Source of the DNA: Bacteriovoracia bacterium
Lineage (GTDB): Bacteria > Bdellovibrionota > UBA1018 > CAIPTA01
DNA length: 64,000 nt
Reading direction: 5' to 3'
NCBI GenBank assembly: GCA_050246755.1
Contig: JBFWVL010000001.1
Coordinates: forward strand, 160,001 to 224,000
Shown here: positions 52,566 to 61,980 of the stretch, piece after piece
Layout of the letters: every line of letters starts with the position of its first letter
Numbering within the stretch: the first letter of the stretch is position 1
Translations under genes and position numbers: made by a program
Notes under the pieces: generated by a model
Database searches by the model: none
Seen by the model: only the letters and a program-made list of their open reading frames with translations
Told to the model about the DNA's origin: nothing

Positions 52566-52584
52566 AGTCGGCTCCTAGCGGTGA

Positions 52585-52872
52585 CTAAACGGGGAATTCT
52601 CTTTCGAGCTGCGTCAAAAGCGACTGGGACCGGGCCTTCACGTCGCTCTTGAATACATTGGTTTCTTCCTGCTTTTTCAAGAGATCTTCTGCCAGAGTCA
52701 TCGCCAGCAGGAGGAGAACTTGGTGAGACAGGGGCTGCGTCGGGGGCAAAATGGCCGCCAGGCGTTTATTCACCAGATCTGCCACTTCTTGAACCCGGGC
52801 CGGATCTTCATTGGTTCTCAGCATCAATCGCTGTTGGCCAACCACCACTTCTACGGATTTTTTCTGCGTCAT
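52585..52872 (-). CDS. zapA: cell division protein ZapA
   Basis: Size and pattern (V.V.G, VA..V, LLAM.LA), canonical position upstream of the cyclo-ligase. Confidence 0.85.
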   Translation of the reverse strand: MTQKKSVEVVVGQQRLMLRTNEDPARVQEVADLVNKRLAAILPPTQPLSHQVLLLLAMTLAEDLLKKQEETNVFKSDVKARSQSLLTQLEREFPV

Positions 52873-52961
52873 ACCAAAACGATACGAGGGGCAAGAAACC
52901 GTGTCAAGCCGCGAAATTATTTACAAAAGTAATCCAATCTAGTAACTTTCGGGACTGGTGT

Positions 52962-53037
52962 TCAGGATTAGCTCAGTTGGTAGAGCAAATGACTGTTAAT
53001 CATTGGGTCCCCGGTTCGAGTCCGGGATCCTGAGCCA
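52962..53037 (+). tRNA. tRNA-Asn(GTT)
   Basis: TCAGGAT/ATCCTGA acceptor stem, AATGA-CTGTTAA-TCATT anticodon arm, encoded CCA. Confidence 0.97.
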
Positions 53038-53457
53038 ACTAAAAAAACTCATCGCGCAAGCGGTGGGTTTTTTTAGTTTGGGCTTAGAATTCCGAGGAGA
53101 CGAGAACGCAGGACCACCGGTTCGACAAAATCCGCAGGAAGCGGATTTTGCACGCGCAGCCGAAGGCGAGCGCGCGCAAGCGGCAAGGGCGGGACGCCCG
53201 AGCTGAGTCCGGGATCCTGAGCCAACTAAAAAAACTCATCGCGCAAGCGGTGGGTTTTTTTAGTTTGGGCTTAGAATTCCGAGGAGACGAGAACGCAGGA
53301 CCACCGGTTCGACAAAATCCGCAGGAAGCGGATTTTGCACGCGCAGCCGAAGGCGAGCGCGCGCAAGCGGCAAGGGCGGGACGCCCGAGCTGAGTCCGGG
53401 ATCCTGAGCCAACTAAAAAAACTCATCGCGCAAGCGGTGGGTTTTTTTAGTTTGGGC
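53018..53457 (+). repeat. tRNA-linked tandem repeat (rtT-like), 187-bp unit, about 2.35 copies
   Basis: Identical units start at 53018, 53205 and 53392; each begins with the last 20 nt of tRNA-Asn plus a terminator. Confidence 0.93.
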
Positions 53458-53608
53458 CATCTATAAAAAAAGTTTACAAAACCTCCAGCCAGAATTTTCC
53501 GCATCCCAAGCGCTAAAACAGTCACGCCCTCACGCCGCCGTGTACGCGCCTCCGTTCAATTCGCATATATCTCAATTGAAGCTCGGGCGGGCGGGCCTCC
53601 ACTTACTT

Positions 53609-53636
53609 TCAAGGCCAAGCTTTTTTACGTCGATAA
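53609..53636 (+). promoter_or_regulatory. sigma28 (FliA)-type promoter
   Basis: TCAAG-N15-GTCGATAA. Confidence 0.72.
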
Positions 53637-53657
53637 GTTATCGGAAAGAAAGATTAA

Positions 53658-55055
53658 ATGCGGGCCACTAACCACATTCAGCTACCCCTCACAAAAGCGA
53701 TCACGCTTGCGCTCACGCTCAGCTTTTTTGCACCCGCGATCGCCCGCGCGGAATTTCCCGAAAATCCCTGCCCGGGATTTTTTACCAGGCTCCTACCGCC
53801 GAAAACAAAACCGAATCCGGACCTATACTTCGCCCTCCGCGACGCAAAAATTTCTGACTACTTTCCCGAAACCGTCATGCTCAAGCCCCAGCCGCAAATC
53901 GCGGTGGTCGGCGCGAAGATCACCGACGAAACCTTGATGAAGTTCGAGAAAGATTTCGACTCTCTTCTAAACCAGCGCGCCGCTACCTTCGGCTTTCCCG
54001 CCGAAGATTTCCGCACTTACCTCCGCTCCAAGCACCCGCAGGCCCAGCCTTACCCCGTTTTTGAGCCGCTCTATTTGGAGCAAGCATTCAAGGCAATGGG
54101 GGTAACCCTCGAAGACGTACAGAACGTTTACTTCCTCGAATTCCTCAATGCCTCCAAGAAAAGCACCGTGGCGGAAGTTTTAGATAGAATGCGCATCGCC
54201 GACATCAGCCGTATCGCCCTCACGATGTCGAAAAAGCTCGGCAAAAGAGGCTGGGCGGTTCTCGGCGGCGCCATGGTGGCCGGGCCGGTGGCGGGAATCG
54301 TGAACTCTTTTTTCAGCGCCCCGATGAAACCGATTCTCGAATCTTCCGAGCAGGCCAGCAATATCTTATTCAGCAGCGTAGCGCAGATGGTGCAGCACTT
54401 TACGGGAGAGCGAATCTCCGATCTGCGCTCCCACATGAGCGAAATGAAATCGATCACGGACACGCTGGATAAGTATGATTTCAACGGCATGGACCGGGAA
54501 GAGGCAAAGAAAATCATGGGGCAGCTCGAGGCCCGCTATAATAAAGTTTTCCTGCGCTTCAAGAGCTTCATGCCCCAGTACCAGCAAATCGGCCGGGAAA
54601 TCGTGCGCGACTGGCTCATCATGCAGCCCTTGCAGCTCGCCAACCACGCCTCCACCTTTAATTCCGAATACACCATAAACGAAGCCCTCTTGAGCGCCCT
54701 CGAAGAGAAAATCGCGGTGCGTGGCACGCCGGCCACCGCCAAAGAAAAAGAAACCATGGAGCAGTTCCGCGAAAATATGGAGAGCGCCGAGAACCGGCTG
54801 GCCGTGACCCTCGCATCCTGGAAGCTCTACACTTTCGCATTCGCCGAAGTTTCCCGCCGCCCCACGAATAAAGACGCGAACGCCATGCTGATGGGCACGC
54901 TCACGCGTTACCAAAAATTCATGAACATGGATAAATACCGCAAAGAGCTTTCCGCCAAGATCAAAGAAGCGTTCGAGAATCTCGACCCTTCGTTCTCCGA
55001 CTTGCAGAAGCTGGAAAAGCGCCGGGAGAAAAACCCCGCCCCCGCCGAAGAGTAA
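53658..55055 (+). CDS. exported alpha-helical hypothetical protein
   Basis: Signal peptide ending ARA, central hydrophobic Gly/Ala segment, coiled-coil character. Confidence 0.8.
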   Translation: MRATNHIQLPLTKAITLALTLSFFAPAIARAEFPENPCPGFFTRLLPPKTKPNPDLYFALRDAKISDYFPETVMLKPQPQIAVVGAKITDETLMKFEKDFDSLLNQRAATFGFPAEDFRTYLRSKHPQAQPYPVFEPLYLEQAFKAMGVTLEDVQNVYFLEFLNASKKSTVAEVLDRMRIADISRIALTMSKKLGKRGWAVLGGAMVAGPVAGIVNSFFSAPMKPILESSEQASNILFSSVAQMVQHFTGERISDLRSHMSEMKSITDTLDKYDFNGMDREEAKKIMGQLEARYNKVFLRFKSFMPQYQQIGREIVRDWLIMQPLQLANHASTFNSEYTINEALLSALEEKIAVRGTPATAKEKETMEQFRENMESAENRLAVTLASWKLYTFAFAEVSRRPTNKDANAMLMGTLTRYQKFMNMDKYRKELSAKIKEAFENLDPSFSDLQKLEKRREKNPAPAEE

Positions 55056-55274
55056 ATATTTTTTAGTTAAGACACCGCTCTCATGGACAAATTAGCCGAA
55101 GCATTTTTGGCAAGCTTTTCAAGGGATATTTTTACACGGCTCTTACCTGGTAAGTTATCCAGCTCATTGCACCGAGCCGAACGCGTTTTTGTGCGTGAGT
55201 TGTGTATTGCTTGTGGGTAAGTGCTTGAAAATACTTACTGCGGCCCTATTGACTAAGAATTTTTTTTTGTCGAA

Positions 55275-55330
55275 TTGACAGTACCCACCACAACCGATAG
55301 CGTTTTTATATAGGCACAACCACCAGCGGT
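55275..55330 (+). promoter_or_regulatory. nrdAB promoter with possible NrdR boxes
   Basis: TTGACA-N17-TAGCGT; two CACAACC....AGCG-type repeats 26 nt apart that loosely resemble NrdR boxes. Confidence 0.5.
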
Positions 55331-55647
55331 TGGCTCTTCCTAGGGAAACCTAGAAAAGCCTCCCAAAGTAGAAGTCGAGTACGCAGGATGCGAATGACCC
55401 AAGGACGCGGAAGAATTACTCGACTAAGTGACAGCAGAATTGCAATGTCCAAGCTCCTCGCCGCTACACGGTTTTGTCTACGCGCTCTTCGATCCACTGA
55501 GATTTAACGAAGCATTCGCCGCAAAGCGAAGGAGTTTTTTAGTCTCTAAAATCGCAGGGCCACGAGGGGAATTTTTTACTTATTTTAAAGGCTTCAATGG
55601 CCCAAGCATGGGCTTGCGGTAGCTTTTTTGTCAAAAGGGGCATTCAC

Positions 55648-57957
55648 ATGATGGAAGTGATCAAGCGCGACGGAACCAGGGAAACGGTCCGCATGGAAAA
55701 AATTCTCGATGCCGTGAACCGCGCCTGCCGCGGTCTCGACAACGTAGAACCAATCGAAATAGCCAAGCGCACGATCGCCGGCCTCCACAACAGAAGCACC
55801 ACCGAAGAGCTAGATCAGCTCTCCATTTCCAACGCCGTGATGCTCATGGCAGACGAGCCCAACTATTCCAAGGTGGCTTCACGCATGCTCGCCGAAGGCA
55901 TCTGCAAAGAAGTGGGCCGCAATAATGTGTTTTCCGACTACGTAGAAACCGCCTTCGAGCAAGGCCTTCTCAGCGGACACGTAATGGAGCTCGTGCAGGC
56001 GAATTCTCAGGCGATCGATTTCGCCATCCGCAATGAGCGCGACGATCTCTTCGAATACTTCGGCCTCAAAACCGTAAAAGACCGTTACTTACTGCGTCAC
56101 CCGAAAACACGCAAGATCATCGAGCGCCCCCAGTGGCTCTTCATGCGCGTGGCCCTTGGCCTTTCGCAAAATATCTCCGAGGCGATCGAGTTCTACGACA
56201 TCATCAGCCAATTTCTTTACATGCCTTCCACGCCCACTCTCTTCAACTCGGGCACGCGCCATCCACAGATGAGCTCTTGTTACCTGCTCACCGTGGCCGA
56301 TGATTCGCTCGATGGTATTTATAAATCCATCACCGACTGCGCGCGCCTCTCGAAATTCTCGGGCGGTATCGGCATCGACTGGACCCCCGTGCGCGCTTCC
56401 GGATCTTTGATCCGCGGCACCAACGGCCTCTCGAACGGAATCGTCCCCTTTATGAAGGTGTTCGATTCTTCCGTCCATGCCGTGAACCAAGGCGGAAAGC
56501 GTAAAGGTGCCGCCGCCGTTTACCTCGAGCCCTGGCATGCCGATATCGAAACTTTCCTCGAGCTCCGCAACAACACGGGCTCCGAGGAGCGCCGCACCCA
56601 TAACTTGAACTTAGCTCTCTGGGTTCCGGATCTGTTCATGAAGCGGGTGGAAACCGACCAGCCCTGGAGCCTTTTCTCTCCTAGCGACTGCCCGGAGCTC
56701 CTCGATTGCTTCGGCCCCGAATTCGATAAGCGCTACGAGGCCGCGGAAGCCGCCGGCAAGGCGATGAAGTCGATCTCGGCCCGCGCGCTCTACGCCCGCA
56801 TGATCCAAACCTTGGCCGAAACTGGCAACGGCTGGATGTGCTTTAAGGACAAGGCCAACCTTCGTTCCGCCCAAACGGCGAAAGCCGGAAACGTGATCCA
56901 CTCTTCCAACCTCTGCACGGAGATCCTCGAAGTCACGAACGCCGGCGAGACGGCCGTATGTAACCTCGGCTCCGTGAACCTTGCGGCCTACGTGAAAAAT
57001 GGAAGCTTCGACTACGACCTCCTCCGTAAGGTAGTGAACGTGGCCACGAAATTCCTCGATCGCGTGGTAGACATCAATTTCTATCCCACGGTGGAATCCA
57101 AAACTTCCAATAACAAATGGCGTCCCGTGGGCCTGGGCATCATGGGCCTGCAGGATGCGTTCTTCCGCATGAAGCTCCCCTTCACCTCGGAAAAGGCCCG
57201 CGATATGTCGGCCCGCATCCAGGAAACCATATACTACCAAGCCCTCACCACCAGCATGCGCCTGGCGAAAGAGCATGGCGCCTTCGAAGAGTTCGCGAAC
57301 TCCCGCTACGCGCAGGGAAAACTGCAAGTACAACTGGCTGAAGAGCTTCAGGCCGAAATGCCCGAGCTTCACTTCGACTGGGACACGCTTGCCAAAGAAG
57401 TGCAGAAGAACGGCCTGCGCAACTCGCTCTTGATCGCGATCGCGCCTACCGCCACGATTGCTTCCTTGGTGGGTTCATTTGAAAGCATCGAGCCGCAGAT
57501 CTCCAACTTCTTCAAGCGCGAAACCCTGAGTGGCGAATTTCTGCAGGTAAATAAATACCTCATTCTCGACCTCAAGGCCCGCGGCCTCTGGAACGACAAT
57601 ATCCGTGGAAAAATCATCACCGCCGATGGCTCCATCCAGAACATCGACGAAATTCCCCAGGATGTGAAAGATCTCTATCGCACGGTTTGGGAAACGCCGC
57701 AGAAAGACCTCATCGACATGGCCGTGGAGCGCTCTGCCTTCGTTTGCCAGTCCCAGAGTCTCAATCTTTTCATGGAAAACCCGAATATCGGCAAGCTCTC
57801 TTCCATGTACATGTACGCCTGGAAGCAAGGGGTGAAAACCACCTATTACCTGCGCTCCCGCGCCAAAACGGCGATCCAGAAAACGACCGTTACCGAGAGC
57901 GAAGAAGCCGTAGTCTGCTCGCTCGAAAACCCGGAAAGCTGCGAAGCCTGCACCTAA
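55648..57957 (+). CDS. nrdA: class Ia ribonucleotide reductase alpha subunit
   Basis: ATP cone (VIKRDG), TPTLFN, SSC, SNLCTE, APTA, KT.YYLR, C-terminal CEAC. Confidence 0.96.
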   Translation: MMEVIKRDGTRETVRMEKILDAVNRACRGLDNVEPIEIAKRTIAGLHNRSTTEELDQLSISNAVMLMADEPNYSKVASRMLAEGICKEVGRNNVFSDYVETAFEQGLLSGHVMELVQANSQAIDFAIRNERDDLFEYFGLKTVKDRYLLRHPKTRKIIERPQWLFMRVALGLSQNISEAIEFYDIISQFLYMPSTPTLFNSGTRHPQMSSCYLLTVADDSLDGIYKSITDCARLSKFSGGIGIDWTPVRASGSLIRGTNGLSNGIVPFMKVFDSSVHAVNQGGKRKGAAAVYLEPWHADIETFLELRNNTGSEERRTHNLNLALWVPDLFMKRVETDQPWSLFSPSDCPELLDCFGPEFDKRYEAAEAAGKAMKSISARALYARMIQTLAETGNGWMCFKDKANLRSAQTAKAGNVIHSSNLCTEILEVTNAGETAVCNLGSVNLAAYVKNGSFDYDLLRKVVNVATKFLDRVVDINFYPTVESKTSNNKWRPVGLGIMGLQDAFFRMKLPFTSEKARDMSARIQETIYYQALTTSMRLAKEHGAFEEFANSRYAQGKLQVQLAEELQAEMPELHFDWDTLAKEVQKNGLRNSLLIAIAPTATIASLVGSFESIEPQISNFFKRETLSGEFLQVNKYLILDLKARGLWNDNIRGKIITADGSIQNIDEIPQDVKDLYRTVWETPQKDLIDMAVERSAFVCQSQSLNLFMENPNIGKLSSMYMYAWKQGVKTTYYLRSRAKTAIQKTTVTESEEAVVCSLENPESCEACT

Positions 57958-57992
57958 TAAAACTTTAACGACTTGCTCTCAGGAGATAAAGA

Positions 57993-59000
57993 ATGATCCT
58001 TAATCCAGACCTCGACCTCACGTTACGCCCGATGAAGTATCCCCAGTTTTTTCAGCTCTATAAGGACTCGCTGAAAAATATCTGGACCACCGATGAGCTC
58101 GACTTCTCGATCGACTTCGAGCACCTCCGCGATAAAGTTACGCCCCAGGAAGCGCACCTCATCAAGCGCCTCGTGGCCTTCTTCGCCACTGCCGATAATA
58201 TCGTGGCGCATAACCTCGTGCTTAACTTCTACAAGCATATCAACTCACCCGAGTTCCGCATGTTCCTCGGCAAGCAGCTCTTCGACGAAATGCTCCACGT
58301 AGAAACCTACCTCCTACTCGTGGACAACTATATCCCCGACATGGAAGAACGCCGCCAGGCCTTCGATGCCTTCAAGAATATCCCCTCGGTAAAAAAGAAG
58401 GCCGACTTCTGCTTCAAATACATGGACTCAATCGACAAGATCGACCGCCTCGATACCGACGAGAAGCGCCGCCAGTTCATCGAGAACCTCGTTTGCTTCG
58501 CGGCTTGCGTGGAAGGGCTCTTCTTCTTCGGCTCCTTCGCCTACGTTTACTACCTGCGCAACCGCGGCATCCTTCCCGGCCTGGCCACCGCCACGAACTG
58601 GGTATTCCGCGATGAAACCATGCATATTGAAGCCGCGATGGGCGCCCTGGCCACCATCAAGCAAGAGTACCCTCACCTCTTCGACGCCGCCCTCGAGAAA
58701 AAAATCCATCTCATGATCGAGGAAGCCCTCGAGGTAGAAATGAACTTCTGCACCGACGCTCTTTCCCATGGCGTTACGGGCCTTTCGCCGGCTTTGATGT
58801 ATGAATACCTGCAGTACGTGGCCGATCAGCGGCTCGTGCAGCTCGGCTTCAAAAAGCGTTACCTGGCGAAGAACCCATTCAGTTTCATGGTGCTGCAAGA
58901 CGTGCAGCCCCTCACGAATTTCTTCGAGAAGAAAGTTACCGAATACCAAAAAGGCTTCGAGGCAAAATCGAGCTCCGTGGTTTTCGACGCTTCTTTCTAA
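57993..59000 (+). CDS. nrdB: class Ia ribonucleotide reductase beta subunit
   Basis: FFA.AD, E..H...Y radical Tyr, EG..F..SF, DE..H, NFFE. Confidence 0.96.
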   Translation: MILNPDLDLTLRPMKYPQFFQLYKDSLKNIWTTDELDFSIDFEHLRDKVTPQEAHLIKRLVAFFATADNIVAHNLVLNFYKHINSPEFRMFLGKQLFDEMLHVETYLLLVDNYIPDMEERRQAFDAFKNIPSVKKKADFCFKYMDSIDKIDRLDTDEKRRQFIENLVCFAACVEGLFFFGSFAYVYYLRNRGILPGLATATNWVFRDETMHIEAAMGALATIKQEYPHLFDAALEKKIHLMIEEALEVEMNFCTDALSHGVTGLSPALMYEYLQYVADQRLVQLGFKKRYLAKNPFSFMVLQDVQPLTNFFEKKVTEYQKGFEAKSSSVVFDASF

Positions 59001-59012
59001 AGAACCAGCTTA

Positions 59013-59054
59013 AAAACAAAAGGGGCGCCGGTTCACCGGCGCCCCTTTTGTTTT
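59013..59054. terminator. bidirectional terminator
   Basis: aaaacaaaaggggcgccgg-ttca-ccggcgccccttttgtttt. Confidence 0.9.
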
Positions 59055-59067
59055 GGCTTCAGTAAAA

Positions 59068-59343
59068 CTACTTCACCTTTTTTGCTTTGCCTTTTTTGCC
59101 CTTGTGGTGCTCGGGGTGGCCGCAACCGCAATCTTTTCCTGGCGCCATCGCATCGGCCTTCTGCTCACTGCAAGATCCGTTTTCCATCCCGCAAGAATGC
59201 TCCGCTCCGCCGCAGCCGCAGCCCTCGCTGATTTTCTGGGCCTGCATATTGGAATCCGTTAAGCCATTGCTCACTACGTCGCCGCCTTTTTGCGCGCAGC
59301 CAGTTAACGCCAAGCAAACCAGCGCCGCTAATAAAAACTTCAT
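59068..59343 (-). CDS. small Cys/His-rich lipoprotein
   Basis: LTGC lipobox, CGCG..EH motif twice, Lys-rich tail; ATGA overlap with the upstream gene. Confidence 0.75.
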   Translation of the reverse strand: MKFLLAALVCLALTGCAQKGGDVVSNGLTDSNMQAQKISEGCGCGGAEHSCGMENGSCSEQKADAMAPGKDCGCGHPEHHKGKKGKAKKVK

Positions 59344-60260
59344 TTTATCTCCTCTGCAGTATGAAAAAAGAACTGCATATTTAATTGGCAAACATCTTTA
59401 CTATCGTCGTCACAGAAATCCTTATCGAATTTATCACGGAACTCGCGAATGGCTTTCTTAATTTCGGGCAATTTTTTACGGCTCACTCGTAACGTCAGGC
59501 AGGTAAATTCCCGGTCCGTCATCGGCTGACGCTGCAGAGCCTCCTTAGCCTGGTCCATCTGCTCGCTATGATGTTTCCTCACCGCGGCGGAAGGAATATC
59601 GGCCATGGTAATCAATGATTCTGATCCATTCGCCAACCTTAGTTTTCCGCCGGCATCGCGTTCAATTAATTTGAGGCGCTCGAGCAATTCCAAGGAAGTC
59701 ACTACCTCCTCTACGCTCACCTTGTTTCCCAGCTTCGCAGCAATCCATTCAGGCGAGTCCTTAAAGCCTGGCGCCGAAAATAACTGGCGGATCACGTAGT
59801 GGTGCCAACCCGACACGTAACTAAATACTTCGGTATCAATCGCCTTTCGACGAATCAATTTAGGATTCAGCTTCAGCAACTCATCCGCAATCGCCTTGGG
59901 CACGTTACCCTTGTGTTTTTCTTTTCTAACCAGCAGTTCGAAATAGCGGCGCTCGGCTTCCGAATGATCTAAATCCATGGAAAAAGCCAAAATCAAATCT
60001 TCCGAAGGCAGTCTTTGCCCTTTGAGCACCATCGCGATGCTGCGGGGAGAACGATAATTCAATTTTTTCGCCCAGCGCTCCAGCGTAATTGGGCGCTTCA
60101 GGCCGGGATAGTTACAGCGAACGTGATTGAGGTAATTGCGAAAGTCGTCGAATTCAAACACGGTCATAGCTTCAGGCGTCTCGAGTGCGGGGTAAGAGTT
60201 TCCGCGCTGGTTCCAGGTCGGTTGAAGGTCGGTGTCAGTAAATAGTTTTATTGCTTCCAT
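59340..60260 (-). CDS. TIGR02147/DUF4423-family HTH protein
   Basis: VF.FDDFR.YL, VLKGQR.P, YVSGW.H..IR, QLNMQFF; start uncertain. Confidence 0.85.
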   Translation of the reverse strand: MEAIKLFTDTDLQPTWNQRGNSYPALETPEAMTVFEFDDFRNYLNHVRCNYPGLKRPITLERWAKKLNYRSPRSIAMVLKGQRLPSEDLILAFSMDLDHSEAERRYFELLVRKEKHKGNVPKAIADELLKLNPKLIRRKAIDTEVFSYVSGWHHYVIRQLFSAPGFKDSPEWIAAKLGNKVSVEEVVTSLELLERLKLIERDAGGKLRLANGSESLITMADIPSAAVRKHHSEQMDQAKEALQRQPMTDREFTCLTLRVSRKKLPEIKKAIREFRDKFDKDFCDDDSKDVCQLNMQFFFHTAEEIK

Positions 60261-60457
60261 GCCCCTAGAATCAGCCAGGCAGCCCAAATCCTCTAGCAAC
60301 ATAGCGCCTTCGGCGGAGCGGGAAGCGTAAATGGCGCACATCCTGTGCGCCGATCTCAGGATGGCCGATTTTGGCGGATTGCACAATAGCCCCACTAGAA
60401 AACATTGCTCCGGCTTAGAAAATTGAATTTCTCCCCCGAAAATGCCATAGCTGAAAC

Positions 60458-61357
60458 ATGCCCTCTAAATACGAAAGTGCCATGACTATGGCCATTAATG
60501 CGGCCGAAAAATTCCATGGTGCCACCACTCCACTTCCTCCCGCGGGCGCCATCGCGCTCGACAAAGGCGGCAAAGTTCTCCTCGGAGCGGCACTCCAGTC
60601 GGCCGAAAGCCCTTCCGCCGAAGCAAAACTTTTAGATTTAGCGCAAAAGCTCGGCAAATTGGCCACGATCGAAACCCTGGTCTGCACTCTCGAGCCCGAA
60701 GCCGAGCTCATTTTGAAGCATAAGAATATTCGCCGCGTGGTGCTCGGCGCGAAGAATCCAAAAGGCGGGACCGCGATCGAAAAACTGCGCAAGGCCGGAG
60801 TGGAAATCCTGGAAGGAACGGTTCAACAAGAATGTGAATTCCTCATCCGGGCCTTCACAAAATTCCAGCGCACCGGAAAGCCCTACGTCACGCTCAAGGG
60901 TGCATTCACCACCGAGGGCGCACAAAAAGCACTCAGTTCCAAACCCTCGCTTATTTTTTCCCACGAGCTCCGCCGGCGCTGCGATGCCATCTGGACCTCC
61001 AGCGGCACCGTGCTCGCGGAGAAACCCGATCTATCTGTGTCCTGGGTTCCTGACCATCCGCAAAAAAAGCGCCAGCTCGTTTTATCCGACCGCCGACGAC
61101 GAATACCCCCTGAGTGGATAGCCCGCACTAAAGCCAGCGGCTTTACTGCTCCCCACTTTGCCGAAAGCCTAGAGCAAGGGCTAGAATTCCTCGGCAAAAA
61201 AAATGTTTTAGAAGTGCTCGTAGAAGCAGGCCCTACGCTGCGCGACGCATGGCTAGAAAGCGGTCTTTGGGACGAATCTGTGGTATTTCTACAAGGCGAA
61301 GGCGACGCTGACGACGAGATCGATATTCAGTTTCGCCATGAAACAGGAGAAGACTGA
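60458..61357 (+). CDS. ribD: RibD-like deaminase/reductase, catalytically degenerate
   Basis: P.PPAGA, TLEP, PYVTLK, LR..CDAI and VEAG match RibD; HxE reads SAE and the PCx8C zinc motif is absent. Confidence 0.75.
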   Translation: MPSKYESAMTMAINAAEKFHGATTPLPPAGAIALDKGGKVLLGAALQSAESPSAEAKLLDLAQKLGKLATIETLVCTLEPEAELILKHKNIRRVVLGAKNPKGGTAIEKLRKAGVEILEGTVQQECEFLIRAFTKFQRTGKPYVTLKGAFTTEGAQKALSSKPSLIFSHELRRRCDAIWTSSGTVLAEKPDLSVSWVPDHPQKKRQLVLSDRRRRIPPEWIARTKASGFTAPHFAESLEQGLEFLGKKNVLEVLVEAGPTLRDAWLESGLWDESVVFLQGEGDADDEIDIQFRHETGED

Positions 61358-61977
61358 TGTTCACTGGCACGATTGAGCAAACCGGAAAAATTATCAGCAT
61401 CGACGACCGCCGCGGCCAGCGCCGCATCGTAGTACAGACCCGATGGGAAGATTTAGCCTTAGGTGAGAGCATATCTCTAAACGGGGTGAGTCTCACAGTG
61501 GCCGAAGTTACCTCCCAGCATCAGGCTCAATTTTTACTCAGCGAGGAAATCCTCGAGCGCACCACGCTGAATAAGCTAGAACCGGAAATGAAAGTAAATC
61601 TCGAGCGCGCCCCCACTCCCTCCACTCGCCTCAGCGGCCACTTCGTTCAAGGCAGCATCGACGCCAAGGGCCTCATCCTCAATTTGGTGGAATCCGAAGG
61701 CGCGCACAAATTGACCGTGGCGCTCGACGCCAAGTATGGCCGCTACTGCGTGGAAAGAGGCTCGATCGCAATTGAAGGCGTAAGCCTAACGATCCATTCG
61801 CTCACCGAAACCAAGCTCAACGAATTCATGATCACCTGCGCGATCGCTCCCCAAGTTTGGAAAAATACGAATTTCTCGAACTTGAAAATTGCCGATGCCG
61901 TGAACGTAGAAGTGGATGTGCTCGCCAAGTACATCGAAAAACTGAATCCCCAACTCGCTTTGACGCCCGCGAACTAG
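61357..61977 (+). CDS. ribE: riboflavin synthase-like protein, divergent
   Basis: MFTG start, NGVSLT, VNLERA, GH.VQG, VNVEVD..AKY. Confidence 0.85.
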   Translation: MFTGTIEQTGKIISIDDRRGQRRIVVQTRWEDLALGESISLNGVSLTVAEVTSQHQAQFLLSEEILERTTLNKLEPEMKVNLERAPTPSTRLSGHFVQGSIDAKGLILNLVESEGAHKLTVALDAKYGRYCVERGSIAIEGVSLTIHSLTETKLNEFMITCAIAPQVWKNTNFSNLKIADAVNVEVDVLAKYIEKLNPQLALTPAN

Positions 61978-61980
61978 CGT

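Noticed and set aside
53018-53457. CRISPR array or prophage att site
   Set aside because: Units are fully identical with no variable spacers; no cas or integrase genes; the tRNA 3' copies are part of the tandem unit
53003-53525. Short ORFs across the tRNA repeat
   Set aside because: They are by-products of the repeat, overlap the tRNA and terminators, and have no RBS
60261-60457. FMN riboswitch upstream of ribD
   Set aside because: No RFN consensus elements are visible
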